A stretch of 64,000 bases of DNA from Pseudomonadota bacterium (GTDB taxonomy: Bacteria > Bdellovibrionota_B > Oligoflexia > Oligoflexales > CAIMVM01). The notes beneath the pieces are model-generated. The model saw only the letters and a program-made list of their open reading frames with translations, ran no database searches and was not told the origin of the DNA. Of the stretch, positions 38,034 through 47,679 are shown one piece after another (within the stretch, counting starts at the first letter, position 1; every line of letters starts with the position of its first letter). A program made the position numbers and the translations under genes. The DNA is taken from assembly GCA_037142195.1 (NCBI GenBank), contig JBAXBA010000004.1:1-64000 (forward strand). Direction: 5' to 3'.

Positions 38034-39158
38034 TTAATTATCGACCAACTCATTCCCTTCCAAAAGCAGAGAATAGCAAGTACTACGCCCTCCCCCTGGC
38101 TCCTGCTTTAGGGCGCCGCGTCCAATCAGGTCTTTAATGTCGCGGGTGGCCGTGTCCTGGGAGCATTTAGCGATCTTGCCCCACTTGGAGCTCGTTAGTT
38201 TCCCCTCGAATCCGTCAAGCAGCAAATTTAGGACCTTGATCTGGCGATCGTTCAGTGGTTGTTGGTTGAAACGTTCCCAGAAGCTGGCTTTCGTCATCAC
38301 GCGACCCAATATTTCACCGCTATTTTTGATTGCCCTATGCAGGCAGCTCAAGAACCAAACCAACCATTCGGTAACATCCAGGCCGGCCTTTTGTGATTTT
38401 TCTAGAATTTCGTAGTATTCATTGCGCTCCCTTCGGATCTGGGATGACATACTATAGAAACGCTGGTTCGATTGTTCAGATCGGGCAAGCATCAAGTCAG
38501 CGATCGCTCGGGCTATCCGGCCATTGCCGTCGTCGAAGGGATGAATGGTTACGAACCAGAAATGCGCTAGGCCTGCGGTCAGCAAAGGGTGTTCTCCGCG
38601 GGATATTGTCAGCCACTCTAGGAAGGTTGTCATTTCCCGTGGAACTCGATCGGCAGGAGGTCCCTGGTAGTGAACCCGCTCTCGACCCACTGGTCCCGAT
38701 ACCACCTGCATGGGCCCATCTCTATCATCGCGCCATTTTCCTACACGGATCGTGGTCATGCCACTGCGTCCTGTCGGGAAGAGCGCAGCTTGCCAAGATA
38801 ACAGGCGTTCCAGAGTCAAGGGGCTGTCGCAATTGGTCGTCGCGTCGAGCATCATCTCAACCGTGCCTTCGACATTTCTATCCGCGGGTGTTAATCCCCC
38901 ATAATCCATTCCGAGTCTTCGCGCGATCGACGATCGCACTTGGTCGGCTTTGAGGTATTCTCCCTCGATCTCACTGGATTTGATCACATCCTCAGTCAGG
39001 GTTTGAAGATGGGCATCACCTCGAAGTTTAAAGCCCACCCCTTCCATCTTCCCGCGCAGACGACCTTGCTCATGGGTAACTGTGGCAAGGAGGGTGGAGA
39101 GGCTTGCCGAGTCCCAGGTCATTTCCGGCCAGTGCTTTTGTTCCCAAAGAAATGCCAT
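38034..39158 (-). CDS. Fic family protein with DUF4172 N-terminus and C-terminal HTH
   Basis: W..WP..W N-terminus, SSEIEGE, HPFDDGNGRIAR Fic motif, CSQDTATRDI HTH. Visibly more GC-rich than the flanks. Confidence 0.93.
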   Translation of the reverse strand: MAFLWEQKHWPEMTWDSASLSTLLATVTHEQGRLRGKMEGVGFKLRGDAHLQTLTEDVIKSSEIEGEYLKADQVRSSIARRLGMDYGGLTPADRNVEGTVEMMLDATTNCDSPLTLERLLSWQAALFPTGRSGMTTIRVGKWRDDRDGPMQVVSGPVGRERVHYQGPPADRVPREMTTFLEWLTISRGEHPLLTAGLAHFWFVTIHPFDDGNGRIARAIADLMLARSEQSNQRFYSMSSQIRRERNEYYEILEKSQKAGLDVTEWLVWFLSCLHRAIKNSGEILGRVMTKASFWERFNQQPLNDRQIKVLNLLLDGFEGKLTSSKWGKIAKCSQDTATRDIKDLIGRGALKQEPGGGRSTCYSLLLEGNELVDN

Positions 39159-39159
39159 A

Positions 39160-39259
39160 TAATCTCCGCAGTAGATGCGGAGATTATGGCGGAAATTCTC
39201 CGCACTAGCAAGAATTATCTCCGCAAATTGTGCGGAGAATATGGGTGATAATCTCCGCA
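39160..39259. promoter_or_regulatory. Array of TCTCCGCA half-sites (probable operators) upstream of the Fic gene
   Basis: Six half-sites: palindromes TAATCTCCGCA-N5-TGCGGAGATTA (39160-39186) and TCTCCGCA-N5-TGCGGAGA (39218-39238), plus singles near 39197 and 39252. Confidence 0.7.
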
Positions 39260-39339
39260 TGATTGGCTAGTTAGAAGAAAAATCAAGCAACTTTTCCTAG
39301 TATTAACTTTTGTCCCGTAAATTTGGGAATCTCAAAGAC

Positions 39340-40020
39340 TTAAATATTAAGATTGAAAAGTAAGCCTAGCCAAGTTGTATAGAGGGATTCTTTCCCGGTT
39401 TGGCCGCTAATGGTAACGGGCCAACTCTGCATGCGCCAAGCGAGGTCTAGGGAGAGTAGTTTTTTGGTAATGGGAATGATGCCGCCGATTTTAAAGTCGG
39501 TTCTAGAGCCCATGGAAGCTTTTACGCTATCTTCTGCTTTAAGGATTGAGGTCGTAATCATCTTTCCCTCAAAATAGACCGTACTGGCTTTTCCAGTGTC
39601 AATGGAAAAGCCAGTATTCACTCCATATCCTGAGCCTAGTCCGCTCAGTGTGGTTGTGCCTTGATTGTTTACATCAATCGTTACTTTGGAAAATACGGGT
39701 CCAAGAAAGAAGCTCCCCACGTTAAAGAGAATGCTCGTGTCTTGAAAGGAAATCTTAGTTTCGCTGCTGTTTAGGGCGAATTTCGTTTTATTGGTAAATT
39801 CATCCCAATGAACTCCGAGATCTCCATCGGTCCCAGCTCGGATTTTGAGTCCGTAGCCAATGGCCGTACTCGTGTCGTTCATGGCGACCACTTTGCTTTT
39901 GTAAGTTGAAAATCCACCACCCGAATACACTTGCATGTCGGCCCCATCGGTTCCGGCATTAGACAATGTACTCAAGAGGCTTAGTGCGGCAATCGCGAAT
40001 TTCAACTGATAGTCTCCCAT
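39340..40020 (-). CDS. Outer-membrane beta-barrel protein
   Basis: Signal peptide; amphipathic beta strands; C-terminal WLGLLFNLNI. Confidence 0.6.
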   Translation of the reverse strand: MGDYQLKFAIAALSLLSTLSNAGTDGADMQVYSGGGFSTYKSKVVAMNDTSTAIGYGLKIRAGTDGDLGVHWDEFTNKTKFALNSSETKISFQDTSILFNVGSFFLGPVFSKVTIDVNNQGTTTLSGLGSGYGVNTGFSIDTGKASTVYFEGKMITTSILKAEDSVKASMGSRTDFKIGGIIPITKKLLSLDLAWRMQSWPVTISGQTGKESLYTTWLGLLFNLNI

Positions 40021-40032
40021 GACGTTTCTCAG

Positions 40033-40059
40033 TCTTCGGTAGATCTCAATTCATTTTAA
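40033..40059 (-). promoter_or_regulatory. Possible sigma28-type promoter
   Basis: TTAA-N15-ACCGAAGA on the minus strand, just upstream of the OMP gene. Confidence 0.35.
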
Positions 40060-40116
40060 AGTTTTATATTTTATAAAACCCTAAAAACACAGATTATAAA
40101 CCTTCAGATCAATATC

Positions 40117-41148
40117 TTAAGGCAGCACGCAAAGAGCGCGGTAAACCATATTGGCGGCAAGTCGGGAGGTTTGACCATTAAAATCGCGGCTTGGACATAA
40201 TTCGGCTATGTCTAGCAATCGACTTGAAGATGCCGTCATTAAGGATTCTATACTCTCTAATACATCATCTACGGGACAGCCCAAGGGGGTCGAAGCACTG
40301 GTTCCCGGTGCAATCCAGGAAGAAAAAACATCAAGATCTAAGGAGATGTGAAGTCTTTTCAGAATTTTATGGGAATACTTCTTTCGATAGATGTCGAGGT
40401 GATCGTTGATAAAATCACTGGGCTTTTTAGGCGAAATCATGGTTTGGGAAGGGACTTGACTTAGATCTTCGGTAGCAATCCAACTTTGGTTTTTAAACTC
40501 AATAACTTTAATTTGATGTTTTCTGGCGTAATCAAATAAGGAAGCAGGGTTTCTTTCCTGCTGAATGCCCACTTCAAGTAAAGCTCGTCCAGAGTCTATG
40601 GAGTTTGGGAAATGTTCGATAATTCTTGAAAACGGCGTGCCACTATTGATTTGTCCGGCCACAACAGGCCGCAAGTCAAGATGGGCATCAAAATTGATAA
40701 TGGGTATGATATCGCTTTCGTTTTGTTGAAGGCCTTTGTAGGAGCCGAAACTAAAATCGTGGCCGCCACCGATGACGACGACAGTTTCCACTTTTTTGCT
40801 AAAGAAAAATGCGACCACCCTAGCTAATTTTTCATGAGTAGTTGAAATGTCATCGCCTAATGCAATATTTCCAGCATCTATAATTTTCGGTCCTAAGGCA
40901 TGAAGTCCAGGTCTATCGTATAGAGCGTAGAATGCCTTTCGAAATGCTGAAGGTCCCTCTTTAGCGCCTGGATTTCCGTGATTTGAGAGAACTCCCCTGT
41001 CATCGGGGATACCTATAAGAACGACTTTCTTCTCTAAAGAATCTTCTCCCTCATTTAGCAAGGAGTGGGCCGATTGACCTATGGTCTCTTCACGAGTTTT
41101 AAGAGAAGTGGGATGAAAGGGCGTGAGCAATTCTAATATTTGTTTCAT
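40117..41148 (-). CDS. hutG: Formimidoylglutamase (arginase family)
   Basis: GIPDDRGV..N.G..GAKEGP, GGGHD, INFDAHLDLR, NSGTPF, DLDVF..APG.SA. Confidence 0.9.
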   Translation of the reverse strand: MKQILELLTPFHPTSLKTREETIGQSAHSLLNEGEDSLEKKVVLIGIPDDRGVLSNHGNPGAKEGPSAFRKAFYALYDRPGLHALGPKIIDAGNIALGDDISTTHEKLARVVAFFFSKKVETVVVIGGGHDFSFGSYKGLQQNESDIIPIINFDAHLDLRPVVAGQINSGTPFSRIIEHFPNSIDSGRALLEVGIQQERNPASLFDYARKHQIKVIEFKNQSWIATEDLSQVPSQTMISPKKPSDFINDHLDIYRKKYSHKILKRLHISLDLDVFSSWIAPGTSASTPLGCPVDDVLESIESLMTASSSRLLDIAELCPSRDFNGQTSRLAANMVYRALCVLP

Positions 41149-42227
41149 GGGAGCTCCCTCGCCTTTTGCGCTAAATAGAAATCAAGTATGACCATATAAG
41201 CCATAGCTTCGACAATCGGTACCGCTCGCGGTAGTACACACGGGTCATGACGCCCCCCGGCCTTTATACTCACGGGCTGACCTTCTTGGTTGAGCGTCGC
41301 AACTTCTTTTCCTAAAGTAGCGACAGGCTTAAATCCAACCCGAAAAGAAAGGGGGTGGCCGGTGGAAATGCCACCCTGCACACCGCCATGGCGGTTTGTT
41401 TCTGGGCTAACGGCGCCTTCTTTTAAAGTAAAGCCATCGTTATGTTCAGAGCCCAGCATTAAGGTAGCTCCTAAACCTTCACCGATTTCAAAACTTTTGG
41501 AAGCGGGGAGGCTAAGCATCGCCTTGGCAAGTTCAGCCTCAAGTTTTGCAAATACGGGCTCGCCCAGTCCTGCTGGGACACCATTTACGATGCATTGAAT
41601 GGTACCGCCGACGCTATCACCGGCTTTCTTAACATCTGTAATGAGAGCTTCAAAGGCCTTGGATGCTAGGGGATCTGGGCAGCGAACAACGCTTTGATCG
41701 ACCTCCTCACGGGTGGGAGTGTGTTTCACATCGGCTCGTAAATCCTTAATGGTATCGACCCAAGCAACGACCGAAAGGGAAAGCCCAAAAGCTTCAAGGA
41801 TTTGCTCGGCAACGGCACCTGAAATCACCCTTCCGATGGTCTCCCGCGCACTGGATCTGCCGCCACCACTTTGCGGCTTGATGCCAAATTTCTTTTCCCA
41901 GGACCAATCGGCATGGGAAGGGCGGTAGACTTTTTCGAGGTGGGCGTAGTCTTCTGGCTTTTGGTCTTTATTAAATATCGCAAAACAGAGGGGACTGCCT
42001 AAGGTTCGGCCATTTTGCAGTCCGGAGAGGGATACCAGGAGATCTTTTTCTTGGCGAGGGGAGGTAAGCGCGCTTTGGCCAGGCCTGCGCCGTTCAAGCC
42101 AGCCTTGAATGCGCTTTAAGTCGATTTCAAGGTTTCCTGGGACGCCATCGATCAAAGCGCCCACGGCATAGCCATGGGACTCGCCAAAAGTACTGGTTCT
42201 GTAAAAACTACCCCATTGATTCGCCAT
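41145..42227 (-). CDS. aroC: Chorismate synthase
   Basis: FGESHG, RPSHAD, GGGRSSARET, GGISTG, GRHDPCV. Confidence 0.96.
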   Translation of the reverse strand: MANQWGSFYRTSTFGESHGYAVGALIDGVPGNLEIDLKRIQGWLERRRPGQSALTSPRQEKDLLVSLSGLQNGRTLGSPLCFAIFNKDQKPEDYAHLEKVYRPSHADWSWEKKFGIKPQSGGGRSSARETIGRVISGAVAEQILEAFGLSLSVVAWVDTIKDLRADVKHTPTREEVDQSVVRCPDPLASKAFEALITDVKKAGDSVGGTIQCIVNGVPAGLGEPVFAKLEAELAKAMLSLPASKSFEIGEGLGATLMLGSEHNDGFTLKEGAVSPETNRHGGVQGGISTGHPLSFRVGFKPVATLGKEVATLNQEGQPVSIKAGGRHDPCVLPRAVPIVEAMAYMVILDFYLAQKARELP

Positions 42228-42235
42228 AAAAGACC

Positions 42236-45200
42236 TTAAAAGTAATTGTCAAAACTAAACTTTGCAAAAGCCTCAAAAGGATTGCCGACAAGTTGACCAA
42301 CACCAAGGCCAGCCGTGAATTTAACGCCTTTATTTTCAAACTGCAAATCAAGATTGTAGCCGTGAGCTGCTTTTAAAACAGTTCCAGAAGGTGGGGTAGG
42401 TTGCTGATTCCAAGCGCCCCCATAGTTAAAAAATGCGGTAAAGTCCAAACGATCAAAGTAGAAAATAAAGCGGTACTTTTCAATGGACTCAATGACCGGA
42501 ATCGTCCAATTCACCTTGGCGCGGCCTTGAGTATCTCCTGCAGAACCAGATAGGAGGCCATTGGTGGGAGTGAGGGCGAAATTATTCTGGTTGATCCCTC
42601 CACCACTTCCAGGAATAAAAGTCTTCAGTGGGGTATAGAGTTCTTTTAAAAACGGCATTTTTTTGCCTCGTGTGCGCGATGTTTCCCCACCAAGAATGAG
42701 CTGTGAGCTCGCAATACGCCGAGAAAGAGTAACGGAGGTCTCGAATTTATTGTAATCAAAGTTTTTGCTGAGAGCTTCGGTTGTAAAGGTGCCCCCCAAA
42801 TTTAAACCTAAGCGCCATTGGGCGAGGGAGCGTCCCGTCGAAATTTGGCCTCCTGGTTCCCAAAGAGTTCCTATTCTAGAAAGGTTGGGGCCGTATAAAG
42901 TCGTGAGATTGGCTCCCTTTACACCTAGGGAATAGTCAAAGCGTTGGTCGCCTATAACGGCATAGTTCGAAGCCTCAAAACGAGCGCCCACTTCGTCATA
43001 ATAGCTAACACTGCCTCTGCCGGTCTTAGGGTCTCGAATGAATCCGTTATAAGTCTGTTTTTTGTATCCAGAAAGACTTAAAAGCGTTTTAAACCGATTG
43101 GACGATAGGGTAACGTCTACCGACGGGAATCTGCTTTCCACACCGACGAGAACTGTGGCTCTGACAGTTTCATTTTGAAGGCTATCCACGAGAGGGATCG
43201 AGATAATACCCATTTGAAGCCCCATGGCATCATCTCCTCCCACCCAAGGAAAGAGAAGTGCAGGGCGGGCCTTCCATTTATAGGGCTCCGCTGATACAGG
43301 AGGCGTAGATGTTTTGCTGGTAGTCGACTCAGGGGCTCCTGAAATGTCAACCGGTGAGGATATGGTCTGGTCTAAAGGTAGGGCTCCTTTGAGAACTCTG
43401 CTTGTGTCAAGAGTCAGCTGATCCCAAGTCGATTGAGACTCCAGGTGAGGGAAAACCCCATCCTGTGATTTTCCTTTTTCAGGGTTCGGGATGAGAGTCT
43501 GTTCCGAATCTAGCGATTCAGTCGAGGCGAGAAGTTGGGGTTTGGGACTCGAGATCAAAGAAGTATGGGGATCTGGATTCATATCTTTTGAGTCTTTGGC
43601 TTTTGTCGTGGGGGCATACGGCTGTTCTACAAGCTTTGACTTGAGCTTAGTCATATAGGCCCAGAAATCGGTTTCTAGCATAGACTTCGAAAAGGATGGG
43701 ATGCCTTCAGCTGTGCCGCTCGAAGACGAGGGTTGAGACTTTCTTAGGGAGTAAAGGATGGGTGACAGATGTCCCGTGGATCCAGGGCAGCTAAACTTCT
43801 TTTCATGACTTGGGTCGATTTTTCTCAAGCTATAGCCGTCATTTTCCTTTAGACCTGCAATTAATTCGCCAGATTCCAAGCCGAAAACTGACACTAAATA
43901 GTCATCGAAAGGCAGTGTTTCTAGACAAGTGGCATCTTCACTGATGCGCCATAAGGATTGAGTAAGTCCATCCGCTGTGAGCACCCAAGTCTGATCCCCA
44001 GCAAAAGCAATTTTTAAAGGATCGGCATTTTCATCCCATTTCAAGGTCTGAATCTCATTAGTATTCCGCTTCCAAACTTGCACTTTAAAGCGGTCGCCTA
44101 GTAGTGTTTGCTCAGAGACTTTAAGCCAGATTTCGCTAATCGTCGGACGTCCGAGTTTCGGGTCTAAAAAACTCTTTGTACCAAGTATATTCATCGTCTG
44201 GGGAAGCGTATATTGGGCGTTGCAATTTGGTTTTAAAAAATAGTTGGAATCCGAGGCAAGGTTTTTTGTGATGTCTTTCAGTACCAGAAAACAGAGCCAT
44301 GTATCCTCTCCGTGCCACATGGACCAGGCTATCCGATCTCCCGTGTCAAAAAGCTTTTCTACGCCCTTAAGAGCAGCGATTTTCTTCCATTTACCCCCCG
44401 GTGTCCTAGCTATCATCATCTCTGGGGAGGCGAGATCGTGAGCTTTTTCACTTCTCTGCATCATGACTTCTATGTCGCTATTTTCAATTTTAGTTCCTTG
44501 GCTTGGTCTTTGAGCGAAAGAAGTATTGCTATCGTCGATTTTAACGGCCCATTGGGAATCATGATCAAACAAGATCTCTTTCCCTTTTTGGGACCCCCTA
44601 CTCGAGGGCGCGTCGATGAAAACGGAATTTCCGTAGATTGCTAAGGAATGCAAATAGGCGAGTTTTAGCCGTGGAGATTTAGACTCCGTAAGCTGCTTGG
44701 AAATTCGCTGACTTTGCCAAAAGGTTGTGGCTTCTTTTTTGTATTCTTCCCAGAGTTTGGCGCCGCTTTCACCTAGTTGATTTTCCAGGGCTCGATCAAA
44801 GGGCATAAATCCATTGAATGGCAAGGCAGCCCATGGCCAAAGCCACGGAGCAGAATAAAATCTAAAGTCTTTTAGGAAAGCCGGAAGTTGATTCTGGTTG
44901 GGGCTCTTTCGTATGGCTTTAAGGCTTATCCATCGCACAAAAGAACCTACGGTGGGATATCCCTCTTGTGCCCAATCACCGTCGGAATAGAGTGCATGGA
45001 GCTTATCATAGGAAGGCCAATGGCCACTTAAAGCGTGATACCTTTCGTACATCATCTGAGTTGTAGAACGCGATGAGACAGATAGGGCTTCGGCTAGGCC
45101 TTCAATGTACCATGATGGCATCCAGATGAGGTTAAGTGTGGCTCCAGGGGGGCCGAAAATGTTATAGAAGTGGAGATACATGGTCGAGTGTGTGTACTCG

Positions 45201-45544
45201 TGCCAAGCAAGATCCCTCTCAAATTGTCCCATGGTTTGGAGTTCGACTTGATCAAATATCCAGTTGGCAAAGGACGCATTTGAGGTGACAGCCGAGCTGA
45301 TAACAGGTAGAGGTTTGCCGTCTCGGTTTTTTTCGAACCAAGCTTCAAAAACAGGCTTTGCCGCCTCAAGTGAGTTTAATATCATGGGGCCTTCATGCTT
45401 GCCCCTAGAGTCAACGTAGATGGAAAAATCTTTTGCCATGATTTGATTGTATTTGATCCCATCTTGAGAAATGCCGAAATTGATCGGTAAAGCTTCAGAT
45501 CTAGGAATCCAGAGAAAAAACAAAACCAGATAAATGTATATCAT
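42236..45544 (-). CDS. Large exported protein: gluzincin-like peptidase domain, beta-rich middle region, C-terminal beta-barrel
   Basis: Signal peptide; WHEYTH with downstream PSWYIEGLAE; Ser/Pro-rich linker; amphipathic strands ending in Phe. Confidence 0.6.
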   Translation of the reverse strand: MIYIYLVLFFLWIPRSEALPINFGISQDGIKYNQIMAKDFSIYVDSRGKHEGPMILNSLEAAKPVFEAWFEKNRDGKPLPVISSAVTSNASFANWIFDQVELQTMGQFERDLAWHEYTHSTMYLHFYNIFGPPGATLNLIWMPSWYIEGLAEALSVSSRSTTQMMYERYHALSGHWPSYDKLHALYSDGDWAQEGYPTVGSFVRWISLKAIRKSPNQNQLPAFLKDFRFYSAPWLWPWAALPFNGFMPFDRALENQLGESGAKLWEEYKKEATTFWQSQRISKQLTESKSPRLKLAYLHSLAIYGNSVFIDAPSSRGSQKGKEILFDHDSQWAVKIDDSNTSFAQRPSQGTKIENSDIEVMMQRSEKAHDLASPEMMIARTPGGKWKKIAALKGVEKLFDTGDRIAWSMWHGEDTWLCFLVLKDITKNLASDSNYFLKPNCNAQYTLPQTMNILGTKSFLDPKLGRPTISEIWLKVSEQTLLGDRFKVQVWKRNTNEIQTLKWDENADPLKIAFAGDQTWVLTADGLTQSLWRISEDATCLETLPFDDYLVSVFGLESGELIAGLKENDGYSLRKIDPSHEKKFSCPGSTGHLSPILYSLRKSQPSSSSGTAEGIPSFSKSMLETDFWAYMTKLKSKLVEQPYAPTTKAKDSKDMNPDPHTSLISSPKPQLLASTESLDSEQTLIPNPEKGKSQDGVFPHLESQSTWDQLTLDTSRVLKGALPLDQTISSPVDISGAPESTTSKTSTPPVSAEPYKWKARPALLFPWVGGDDAMGLQMGIISIPLVDSLQNETVRATVLVGVESRFPSVDVTLSSNRFKTLLSLSGYKKQTYNGFIRDPKTGRGSVSYYDEVGARFEASNYAVIGDQRFDYSLGVKGANLTTLYGPNLSRIGTLWEPGGQISTGRSLAQWRLGLNLGGTFTTEALSKNFDYNKFETSVTLSRRIASSQLILGGETSRTRGKKMPFLKELYTPLKTFIPGSGGGINQNNFALTPTNGLLSGSAGDTQGRAKVNWTIPVIESIEKYRFIFYFDRLDFTAFFNYGGAWNQQPTPPSGTVLKAAHGYNLDLQFENKGVKFTAGLGVGQLVGNPFEAFAKFSFDNYF

Positions 45545-46275
45545 TTTCTGGCCTCGAAGATTTTTCTGGCTCTTTCTAAGTCTTCAGCAGTATCAATTCC
45601 TAGGCTGGAAACCTTTGATTCTACGACCAAAATAGACATTCCTCCTTCCAAAGCACGAAGTTGCTCCAACTTTTCTGCAGTTTCTAGAGGTGAAGGCTTC
45701 ATGGCGACAAAAGTCATCAAGCTGTCTTTTCTAAAAACGTAGACTCCTTGATGTTGGAGCCAGGCCTCTGGTGCGGTGTCCCGATAGTGCGGTATCGGAC
45801 TTCTTGAAAAGTAAAGAGCTTTGCGGTGGGCAGTAATCGCGACTTTTACAACATTGGGATTTTCCAGCCCTTCCGCTCCCTGGCGTTTAAAGGCAAGGGT
45901 CGCCATGTCTGCATCTGACAATTCAAATTCTTCCATAAGCGTAATTAAAGTTTCTGGATCAGCAAAGGGTTCGTCTCCCTGAAGGTTCATAATAAACCTT
46001 TCTCTAAACCGACTCGCAACTTCAGCACAGCGGTCGGTACCAGATTCGTGCTCTGGGCGGGTCAAGACAGCTTCTATATTTTCTTTGAGGCAAAGACTTG
46101 CAACTTGAGAAGAATCCGTAGCCACGACGATTCGGACGCCAAGCTTGGCTAAGGGGGCTATATTTTCTACGACCCGGATGATCAAGGGTTTGCCATGAAG
46201 ATCAGCTAAGGGCTTCTGAGGAAGCCTTGTGCTATTAAGTCGGGCAGGGATAATGACCAGCCAGGGATGTTTCAT
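45541..46275 (-). CDS. kdsB: 3-deoxy-manno-octulosonate cytidylyltransferase
   Basis: IIPARLNSTRLPQKPL, SGTDR, NLQGDEP, ALYFSRSPIP, EKLEQLRALE. Confidence 0.96.
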   Translation of the reverse strand: MKHPWLVIIPARLNSTRLPQKPLADLHGKPLIIRVVENIAPLAKLGVRIVVATDSSQVASLCLKENIEAVLTRPEHESGTDRCAEVASRFRERFIMNLQGDEPFADPETLITLMEEFELSDADMATLAFKRQGAEGLENPNVVKVAITAHRKALYFSRSPIPHYRDTAPEAWLQHQGVYVFRKDSLMTFVAMKPSPLETAEKLEQLRALEGGMSILVVESKVSSLGIDTAEDLERARKIFEARK

Positions 46276-46389
46276 ACTTACTCCGCCCACGAAATTTTAC
46301 TAGTTTACCCTGACTATTTTAACATGAAAGCAGATTTTCTACTTTTTGTGGTACTATGGAAGTATGTAACTTCTATAGGGAGTCGAAAG

Positions 46390-46821
46390 ATGAGCCTAAG
46401 CCCATCCAGCCTTAGCTACTACTTAAATGTACTTTGTCCCTTGTCTGACAAGTTGTTTCAGTTTTCCCATGCCTGTGTTCTTGAAAGAGAAGCGGCACTC
46501 GAATTAACTCGAAGCACCTATAGCGAAATAGCGGACAATCTTCCAAGCCCAGGAGATGGGGATACTGATCTAGTCGCATTGATTCGAACAGCATGGAAAA
46601 GATTGGATCGTCAGGGAAAGTACGCTGCGCCAAAATCTGGACATAGGATTTTTCAAGACGTTTTTTCTAAGATGAATCTTGAAAGTCGCGCTGCTTTGAT
46701 CTCAATCGATTTTTTAGGATTTGACGAAGAGCAGGCGGCCTATGCGTTGGGTTTGAACGAGGCAGAAGTTTGTAAAGCGCTTTCTGCGGCCCGCAAAATA
46801 TTAATCAATGGAAACTTCTGA
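46390..46821 (+). CDS. Short, divergent ECF sigma-factor-like protein
   Basis: Region-2-like LFQFSHAC..REAALELTRSTY; region-4 RAALISIDFLGFDEEQAAYALG..VCKALSAARKIL. Followed by an anti-sigma-like gene. Confidence 0.65.
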   Translation: MSLSPSSLSYYLNVLCPLSDKLFQFSHACVLEREAALELTRSTYSEIADNLPSPGDGDTDLVALIRTAWKRLDRQGKYAAPKSGHRIFQDVFSKMNLESRAALISIDFLGFDEEQAAYALGLNEAEVCKALSAARKILINGNF

Positions 46822-46830
46822 GGGATTCGA

Positions 46831-47679
46831 ATGAAGACTAATCTTTATCAAAGTATGAGTGACGATGAACTTTTCTTTAGTCTTGTAGATCGTTACGCTG
46901 CCGGTGAAATACCTGCAGAGGTATCTTCAAGATTTGATGCTCTTCTTCAAAGGCCAGACTATAAAGACAAAGTAGAAGTCTTTAAAAAGGCCCATGGGAA
47001 GCTACAGCTAATAATGGATGGCTTCTATTTAAATGAAGAGCAAACTTTAGAAATTCGAAGTTTTGCACAGGGTGCCTCTAATATGACTGAAGATGAACAG
47101 CAGGGAATCGATGATATTGGGAATGAATCCAAAATTTCTGGCATGTTGCGTTTTCTGATGTTTATGATTGTATTTGGACTTACTATTGGCGGCGCTATTT
47201 GGAAATTTGCACCTGAAAAACACGGAAAATTTGATGCCCTCTATTATTTGTCTTATGAAAGTACAGTTTTAGAAAATGACCCTGCAGGAAGAATGGATCT
47301 TATTACAGAGGATCCTTCTGAATTAGAGAATTATTTTGCAAAATATCCAAATCTCGGCTTTAAAGTAGGCCTTCTAAAAGTGCCAGCAGGCTGGGCCGTA
47401 AAAGGAGCCACAGTCATAGATTATGATTTCGCGAAGGTAGGAGCTGTACTCTATTCTCAAAATGACGGATCTGATCAATTGGTTCAGTTTGTTTGGAAGA
47501 GCAAAAAAGGAGATTTGCCGGCGGCTTACGAAGGTAAAGAAGGTAACCTAACCTATGCCTCTTATACAAGCGAATCCACGAATCTTATTTCCTTTAGCAA
47601 TGGTGATGATACAAGTACGCTTCTTGTGGGGCGGCTTTCTGCGGTGCAAATGGCAAAAATAGCGGCTGAAAAGCGTTGA
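46831..47679 (+). CDS. Anti-sigma-factor-like single-pass membrane protein
   Basis: N-terminal L..Y..GE helix, one TM, periplasmic P.GW.V.G..I....GAVLY pattern. Confidence 0.65.
   Translation: MKTNLYQSMSDDELFFSLVDRYAAGEIPAEVSSRFDALLQRPDYKDKVEVFKKAHGKLQLIMDGFYLNEEQTLEIRSFAQGASNMTEDEQQGIDDIGNESKISGMLRFLMFMIVFGLTIGGAIWKFAPEKHGKFDALYYLSYESTVLENDPAGRMDLITEDPSELENYFAKYPNLGFKVGLLKVPAGWAVKGATVIDYDFAKVGAVLYSQNDGSDQLVQFVWKSKKGDLPAAYEGKEGNLTYASYTSESTNLISFSNGDDTSTLLVGRLSAVQMAKIAAEKR

Noticed and set aside
39160..39259. Mini-CRISPR or N-terminal coding extension of Fic
   Set aside because: Half-sites are 8-11 bp in alternating orientation; the Fic family N-terminus and RBS fit ATG 39158.
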